5,006 bases of DNA from positions 1-5,006 of IMG/VR virus record IMGVR_UViG_3300029463_000021; one strand, written 5' to 3'. The stretch is from a virus. Numbering within the stretch: position 1 is the first letter of the stretch; every line of letters starts with the position of its first letter. The notes beneath the pieces are model-generated. The model was not told the origin of the DNA, searched no databases, and worked only from the letters and a program-made list of their open reading frames with translations. Shown piece by piece: positions 1 through 3,878 of this stretch. Position numbers and translations under genes: made by a program.

Positions 1-78
1 TTACAACGGGGAGCCAAGGCAAAGCCGTTGACATACGTTGTACCAGTAGAAAAGATCCAGCTGGGCTGATCAGATACA
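1..78. repeat. Terminal redundancy, copy 1 (circular-genome overlap)
   Basis: Base-for-base identical to 4929-5006 by direct comparison. It lies inside the VP1 coding sequence. Confidence 0.95.
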
Positions 79-635
79 CGATCCTGTTTAAAAACAGCGT
101 TAGTATCTGACTTATCAATCTTTACAGATTTCTGCAAATTCTCATCTCTAAACCATTCATTCCAAATCAAATAATACATACGGAACGGAAGGGCATTAAC
201 ATTCAGAGCATTGGTAAGACCTGTAGGAAGGGCGAAGTAGTCCCATACAGTACCTATGCCATTTTCGCCAGCAGTACCACCTGCGAGCTGGCAGGTCGGA
301 ACTACATAGTCCGTAGAATCGTCAGGATCCTCCTGCTCAAAGCAGAAATTCTGCCAGTGTTCCCATACAAGGCGGTTAGGAACGAAGAAAAAAAACTTGT
401 CAAGATACAAGTTATCCATAAAAGGCGCAACAGGCGTCGCCAAGCGGCAGAAATCTCGAACGGTAAGAGATATCGTATCGCCAGGAAGCACTTCATCAAC
501 AAAGAAAGGCACAAGCTTGCCTTCATCGAAAGTCATCTTACGGACAAATGATCTATCGAAGCGAGAACGCTTCTGATAAACCTGCGGCGCATTACTAAAA
601 TTATGCGCCTTAACTCGGATACGGTTTCGAGCCAA
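1..635 (-). CDS. Major capsid protein VP1 (F-like), 5' portion encoding the N-terminus; continues at 4928 after circularisation
   Basis: Hand translation from TTG at 635..633 gives MARNRIRVKAHNFSNAPQVYQKRSRFDRSFVRKMTFDEGKLVPFFVDEVLPGDTISL...LDKFFFFVPNRLVWEHW...LPFRMYYLIWNEWFRDENLQ...GFALAPRC, with no stop down to base 1. The RSRFD, EVLPGD, FFFFVPNRLVW and IWNEWFRD blocks are hallmark microvirus capsid motifs. SD AAAGAGGTG sits 5 nt upstream. The frame (codon top at base 2 = 4930) matches the 3878..4945 ORF. The ORF track misses this part because it runs off the window edge. Confidence 0.92.
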   Translation of the reverse strand, partial: MARNRIRVKAHNFSNAPQVYQKRSRFDRSFVRKMTFDEGKLVPFFVDEVLPGDTISLTVRDFCRLATPVAPFMDNLYLDKFFFFVPNRLVWEHWQNFCFEQEDPDDSTDYVVPTCQLAGGTAGENGIGTVWDYFALPTGLTNALNVNALPFRMYYLIWNEWFRDENLQKSVKIDKSDTNAVFKQDRVSDQPSWIFSTGTTYVNGFALAPRC

Positions 636-649
636 AATATCACCTCTTT
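636..649 (-). promoter_or_regulatory. Translation-initiation cassette of VP1: AAAGAGGTGATATT followed by TTG
   Basis: Read on the minus strand. SD GAGGTG with a 5-nt spacer ATATT before TTG. Shares the identical 14-mer GAGGTGATATTTTG (start codon included) with the VP3 cassette. Confidence 0.75.
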
Positions 650-703
650 GAGTGTAAAGTACACTAACTATTGCTGTGCTTTATGAAAGTTTTGCAACAG
701 TTG

Positions 704-762
704 AAAAAGGTGTCACTCGTGTCTATTACGTCAAGAAGCGATAATAGACACTTCGTGACACC
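704..762 (-). terminator. Compound hairpin plus T5: intrinsic terminator downstream of VP3; may also act as a ssDNA structural element
   Basis: The outer arm GGTGTCAC (709-716) pairs with GTGACACC (755-762). The inner arm TGTCTATTA (720-728) pairs with TAATAGACA (742-750), giving 17 bp in total. On the minus strand the hairpin is followed at once by TTTTT (708..704). It lies 21 nt after the VP3 stop. Confidence 0.55.
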
Positions 763-782
763 ATAGATTTTCTTTCGTACTT

Positions 783-1256
783 TTAAGTAGTTTCATTAGT
801 TTGTGTTTCATTTTGTTTTTTAGAGGAAGTACCGTTGTCCTCATTTTGAAAACTACCGGCCGAGGATCGTATTACAGTATCCTGCTGTAGTAGACCTAAC
901 GACAAAAGTCGTTCTTTCTGGCGAGGATCTGCCAATGCATTGATCAATTCTTTAGGATTGTGATTAAATTCAGCACGGGTCTGGGCCGGTAACTCATAAA
1001 ATTCCTCATTGACAGCATTAATCAAATCCAAGGCAGTTTCATAATCGCCAGGAAGCAATGTGTCGCCATACTGCAATACGCCTGCATCAACTCCAAGATC
1101 AAGAGTAGTGATACCAGTACGACCATCAGCGTACTTTTTAACGATATAGTTAATATCAGATTCCTGAAACTGGGATTGATCCGTCATAGACGGCTCAGTA
1201 AAAACGATACCTGGCGAAGGTTTCATACCTTCGTCATAAAGAGTTGCGAATTTCAA
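783..1256 (-). CDS. Internal scaffolding protein VP3 (Chlamydia-phage scaffold type), 157 aa, TTG start
   Basis: The translation contains TEPSMTDQSQFQESDINYIVKKY...YGD...DYETALD...LPAQTRAEFNHNPKELI...LGLL, the pattern I recognise from gokushovirus VP3. Strong SD AAGGAGGTG lies 5 nt before TTG (1256..1254). The acidic/polar tail is typical. Confidence 0.85.
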   Translation of the reverse strand: MKFATLYDEGMKPSPGIVFTEPSMTDQSQFQESDINYIVKKYADGRTGITTLDLGVDAGVLQYGDTLLPGDYETALDLINAVNEEFYELPAQTRAEFNHNPKELINALADPRQKERLLSLGLLQQDTVIRSSAGSFQNEDNGTSSKKQNETQTNETT

Positions 1257-1270
1257 AATATCACCTCCTT
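1257..1270 (-). promoter_or_regulatory. Translation-initiation cassette of VP3: AAGGAGGTGATATT followed by TTG
   Basis: Read on the minus strand. The 14-mer caaaatatcacctc (plus strand) is identical at 633-646 and 1254-1267. Confidence 0.8.
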
Positions 1271-1295
1271 TAGTTCGCCGCTTCCGCGTCGAGGC

Positions 1296-1331
1296 AAAAA
1301 AAACGAAGTTGATCTCGCGAGATCAACTCCG
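1296..1331 (-). terminator. Rho-independent terminator between the VP5-like gene and VP3
   Basis: Minus strand reads CGGAGTTGATCT-CGCG-AGATCAACTTCG followed by TTTTTTTT. This is a 12-bp stem including one G.U pair, a 4-nt loop and a U8 tail (1303..1296). On the plus strand the same position is an A-C mismatch and the tail is only T5, so the structure is better on the coding strand. Confidence 0.65.
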
Positions 1332-1343
1332 TTTTTGTTGCTC

Positions 1344-1637
1344 TTATTCAGTATCGCTCGAATTTGATGTTTTGTCAATACAATCAGATGCACGTATTAA
1401 GAAACGAGGATAAACACCATTATCGGGAACACTAAAATGTCCAGTAGAATCATCAATATCGCCTAAATAATACAGCTCGTAATCATCTGGATACTTGTAT
1501 AGCATATTATGCTCACCACGATCATTAGGGCGATTAATACCATTAGTAAAATTACGAATAGCAGTAGCATCATTGATATCCTGCTGAGGTGCAGAAAAGG
1601 TTTGAGCCACTTTATCATAAACAGAATACAGTTTCAA
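1344..1637 (-). CDS. VP5-like non-structural protein (gokushovirus ORF5 family), 97 aa, TTG start
   Basis: The N-terminus MKLYSVYDKVAQTFSAP...ATAIRNF...YPDDYELYYLGDIDDSTGHF matches the remembered ORF5/VP5 pattern (MKxFxVxD...A.R.F...P.D..L..LG..D...G). SD AAAGGTGG lies before TTG at 1637..1635. The start overlaps the stop of the upstream ORF (TTGA). The CDS is very likely real; the family assignment is less certain. Confidence 0.7.
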   Translation of the reverse strand: MKLYSVYDKVAQTFSAPQQDINDATAIRNFTNGINRPNDRGEHNMLYKYPDDYELYYLGDIDDSTGHFSVPDNGVYPRFLIRASDCIDKTSNSSDTE

Positions 1638-1867
1638 AATATACCACCTTTCATATGTTGACGATACAATTTCAGCTGGCGCCTAATTGCATTGCCAGAA
1701 GCACGATCAAAGACATAATAATCATCATCAATACGAACAACAGTCTGGGATGCTTTATCCAGAACCTGATAGCAATAATAACGACTGCCACAGTAAACAG
1801 GATTAAAGCCAGCCAATAAATTAAGATTACACCACTGATTAATATGAGCTCGTTCTCTTCCATTCAT
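1634..1867 (-). CDS. Hypothetical 77-aa protein (orphan) between VP4 and the VP5-like gene
   Basis: MNGRERAHINQWCNLNLLAGFNPVYCGSRYYCYQVLDKASQTVVRIDDDYYVFDRASGNAIRRQLKLYRQHMKGGIF. Third codon positions are T-rich like the recognised genes. The ATG at 1867..1865 lies 1 nt after the VP4 TAG, with a weak SD (AAGTGAG) 7 nt upstream. The stop overlaps the next start (TTGA). I prefer this ATG to the GTG at 1879 used by the track, which has no SD. Confidence 0.65.
   Translation of the reverse strand: MNGRERAHINQWCNLNLLAGFNPVYCGSRYYCYQVLDKASQTVVRIDDDYYVFDRASGNAIRRQLKLYRQHMKGGIF
1638..1651 (-). promoter_or_regulatory. Translation-initiation cassette of the VP5-like gene: AAAGGTGGTATATT followed by TTG
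   Basis: Read on the minus strand. It is the third copy of the GGTG-(A)TAT(A)TT-TTG arrangement and lies inside the 3' end of the 77-aa ORF. Confidence 0.7.
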
Positions 1868-1868
1868 A

Positions 1869-2777
1869 CTAAATCTCACTTTCTAAAGGTCTAACAAGTC
1901 TTGTAATAGCGGCACGCTTAACAAGCTCACGTACAAACAACCTTTGAAAAGTACTATCTTTAGCACGAGCAAGAGCGGCCTTAATACGATTTGCCTTAAC
2001 ATATTCAAGCCATTCAGGGTATTTATCACCGAATATCCGATCATAATATTTGGGAGGCTTCATCGGACGATTACGGATAACAACACGGTCATTATCATAG
2101 ACGTTAGTACCATATTTTTCAAGCCATGCAGCACCGAGACCTGGCTTTCTGCTCATAAGCGCAAACTCTGAATGACGTCCGTTATAGTGTATTAGAGATG
2201 ATTCGCCATATTGTTTTTTTGTTACATAACGGGCGACATAAGCAGCAGATTCAAAAGTAACGTCAGAAAAATAATGATTACCGTAGTACCATACCTTGGC
2301 AAGACGAGCAGACATATAATACTTAAAGCCATTTCGACTGAAAGCGTAAACTTTGTCAGACAAATCAATATTAAACAAACAATAATGATAATGGGGACGA
2401 CCAAAGCGCTCACCATACTCACCACACATCATAAATCTAATGTCATTACCAAACTCCTTTCGTAACCGTTTCATAAATTTCTGATGAAATTCAACTGATA
2501 CGGACAAATCTTTCGGCAGAAAAGGATCTGCGAAGGTAAAAGTTATGAAATATGCCGAACTAGACATCTGAGCTTCGTGAAAACAACGAATAGCCCATTG
2601 GCGGGACTTCTCAAGACGACATCCAATACAATAACCACAAGGACAAATTTCATAACCGCTTTTACCTTCCAAATACTGATAATCTGCCAAAGAACCAAGA
2701 ATATTAAGCCTAAGCTTACCATTACGAGTAACTATTCCTTCTTTTTTGAAACCAATTAAAGGATTATAACAAACCAT
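1869..2777 (-). CDS. Replication initiator VP4 (HUH rolling-circle endonuclease, gpA-like), 302 aa
   Basis: HUH motif RPHYHYCLF (H129 at 2393..2391, H131 at 2387..2385). Paired catalytic tyrosines in AAYVARYVTKK (Y180 at 2240..2238, Y184 at 2228..2226), as in phiX174 gpA YVAKYVNK. Cys cluster CPCGYCIGCRLEKSRQWA is typical of gokushovirus VP4. ATG start with SD GGCGGTG. Confidence 0.92.
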   Translation of the reverse strand: MVCYNPLIGFKKEGIVTRNGKLRLNILGSLADYQYLEGKSGYEICPCGYCIGCRLEKSRQWAIRCFHEAQMSSSAYFITFTFADPFLPKDLSVSVEFHQKFMKRLRKEFGNDIRFMMCGEYGERFGRPHYHYCLFNIDLSDKVYAFSRNGFKYYMSARLAKVWYYGNHYFSDVTFESAAYVARYVTKKQYGESSLIHYNGRHSEFALMSRKPGLGAAWLEKYGTNVYDNDRVVIRNRPMKPPKYYDRIFGDKYPEWLEYVKANRIKAALARAKDSTFQRLFVRELVKRAAITRLVRPLESEI

Positions 2778-2807
2778 AACGACACCGCCTAATATTCTGA
2801 CAACACT

Positions 2808-2836
2808 ATATTAGCACGATATCAGAAAATAATCAA
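2808..2836 (-). promoter_or_regulatory. Candidate sigma70-type promoter upstream of VP4
   Basis: Minus strand reads TTGATT (2836..2831), a 17-nt spacer, then TGcTAATAT (extended -10; hexamer at 2813..2808). It is about 30 nt upstream of the VP4 ATG. Each hexamer matches 4/6, and the host sigma specificity is unknown. Confidence 0.3.
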
Positions 2837-2943
2837 GCCCTATATCCACCTCTTACACGTCGAATATGGTTTCTTCTCCTAGATCTAGAAGTACGAGAAA
2901 AAAGCCTACGGGACTTACGGCGAGAGATCCTACTACGTCTCAT
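2833..2943 (-). CDS. Small arginine-rich DNA-binding/packaging peptide (phiX J / gokushovirus ORF8-like), 36 aa
   Basis: Hand translation gives MRRSRISRRKSRRLFSRTSRSRRRNHIRRVRGGYRA*. 17 of 36 residues are R/K and none is acidic. It ends in the RGG-aromatic-R tail I associate with gokushovirus ORF8 peptides. SD GGAGGG lies 7 nt upstream. The ATG overlaps the upstream stop (ATGA). It is absent from the ORF track because of its size. Confidence 0.8.
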   Translation of the reverse strand: MRRSRISRRKSRRLFSRTSRSRRRNHIRRVRGGYRA

Positions 2944-3182
2944 TTAGAATCCCTCCAAGAACCGAAAAAACGAGAAGAACTCTTTTTATCAGGTACTTTA
3001 TTAGCAACTGGCTTAATAGCTCCATCAATTTCGGTTTGAAAGTCCGAAGATGCCTGACGAATAGCTTTAGTCACCTCACTAGAACGACCTTTAAGAGCGT
3101 CAATGAAATCAACCAATTCCTGAATAAATGGACATACCACGGAAACGATAAAAGTAAGTATCATAGTAACTTTACTTGACAT
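2940..3182 (-). CDS. Hypothetical 80-aa protein with an N-terminal hydrophobic anchor (orphan; lysis or membrane-associated candidate)
   Basis: MSSKVTMILTFIVSVVCPFIQELV... followed by a charged, probably helical tail ending KKSSSRFFGSWRDSK. SD GAGGTG lies 6 nt before the ATG (3182..3180). Codons are T-rich in third position. The 3' end is coupled to the J-like ORF. Confidence 0.75.
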   Translation of the reverse strand: MSSKVTMILTFIVSVVCPFIQELVDFIDALKGRSSEVTKAIRQASSDFQTEIDGAIKPVANKVPDKKSSSRFFGSWRDSK

Positions 3183-3191
3183 AATAACACC

Positions 3192-3878
3192 TCACTTTAA
3201 TAATAACGAAAGCGCACGAAGTCCATGACCAAGTGCGGAATTAGATCCGCCCATATCATCATAGAAATCAGCTTCCTGCTTAGAAAGACGGGTCTGCTCA
3301 CGATCATAAGCGGCCGCAGAATTAGCACGCATAGCTCCAGCAATATTAGAAAGAGCGCCAGTAGCGTACATATAACCTTGATTACGAAGAAGCTCAATTT
3401 CAGCGTTCATACGATCCTCACGGAACTTAAGCTCCTTAGCATAGAGCTGTTCCTTAAGGTTAAGATCATTAGCAAGGATACCGTTTTCAAGAACCTGACC
3501 ATTGTTCTTGTTAGTAAGCAAATCAGCTTCAGCATGATTTTTGCCAATCTGACTATAAGAAAGGTTTTCTGCAATCTGCGCCTGCTTCTTAGCGGCGGCA
3601 GAATGGCCCATAGAAGAGAAGGAATCAGCAGGGTTAGACATTCCTACCGAGGCGGCACTTGCGCCTGCTATAGAGCCACCTATGCCGTTTGTAGCGGCAA
3701 GAATAGGGTTAAGACCTGCCTGCTCCATATCCTGCATTGCCCATTGGTAACGATGTTTATAGTTCTCCACATTCCATTCGTTTGCTTGTGCTGCATTAGC
3801 AGAATTGTAATGATTCTGAACAGCAGAGCCAAAAACAGAACCGGCAATAGAGCCGGCTACATCTCCGAGCCAACTCAT
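3192..3878 (-). CDS. Minor capsid / DNA pilot protein VP2, 228 aa
   Basis: Gly/Ser/Ala-rich N-terminus, then HRYQWAMQDMEQAGLNPILA, the conserved VP2 core motif of gokushoviruses, followed by a coiled, Q/N/E-rich C-terminal half. The ATG shares one base with the VP1 stop (TGATG at 3880..3876). Confidence 0.88.
   Translation of the reverse strand: MSWLGDVAGSIAGSVFGSAVQNHYNSANAAQANEWNVENYKHRYQWAMQDMEQAGLNPILAATNGIGGSIAGASAASVGMSNPADSFSSMGHSAAAKKQAQIAENLSYSQIGKNHAEADLLTNKNNGQVLENGILANDLNLKEQLYAKELKFREDRMNAEIELLRNQGYMYATGALSNIAGAMRANSAAAYDREQTRLSKQEADFYDDMGGSNSALGHGLRALSLLLK

Noticed and set aside
385-392. T8 run on the coding strand inside VP1 (KFFFF) as a slippage or frameshift site
   Set aside because: The FFFFVPNRL block is a conserved capsid motif and the frame stays open through it, so the homopolymer simply encodes consecutive Phe residues.
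302-551. Track ORFs 302..526 (-) and 357..551 (+)
   Set aside because: Both lie inside the N-terminal VP1 coding region (635..1), which is in another frame or on the other strand. Their translations are low-complexity, and the VP1 frame carries unmistakable capsid motifs.
636-703. Sigma70 promoter for VP1 (TTGCAA at 692-697 as a -35 element)
   Set aside because: No acceptable -10 hexamer lies 16-18 nt downstream (GCAATA or CAATAG only), and other TAnnnT candidates lack a -35 element. I could not support a call.
725-763. 12-codon ATG ORF inside the intergenic hairpin (minus strand, ATGGTGTCACGA...TAA)
   Set aside because: It has no SD, lies entirely within the terminator stem-loop, and is too short to evaluate.
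1868-1879. GTG at 1879 as the start of the orphan ORF (the 81-aa version in the track)
   Set aside because: No SD lies upstream, and it would overlap the VP4 3' end by 11 nt. The ATG at 1867 follows a weak SD and sits 1 nt after the VP4 stop.
2802-2810. AACACTATA, a 9-mer shared with the phiX174 origin core as I recall it (CAACTTGATATTAATAACACTATAGACCAC)
   Set aside because: The match is on the window's plus strand, which is the complement of the virion/mRNA-sense strand that gpA-type proteins nick. A 9-mer in AT-rich DNA can also match by chance.
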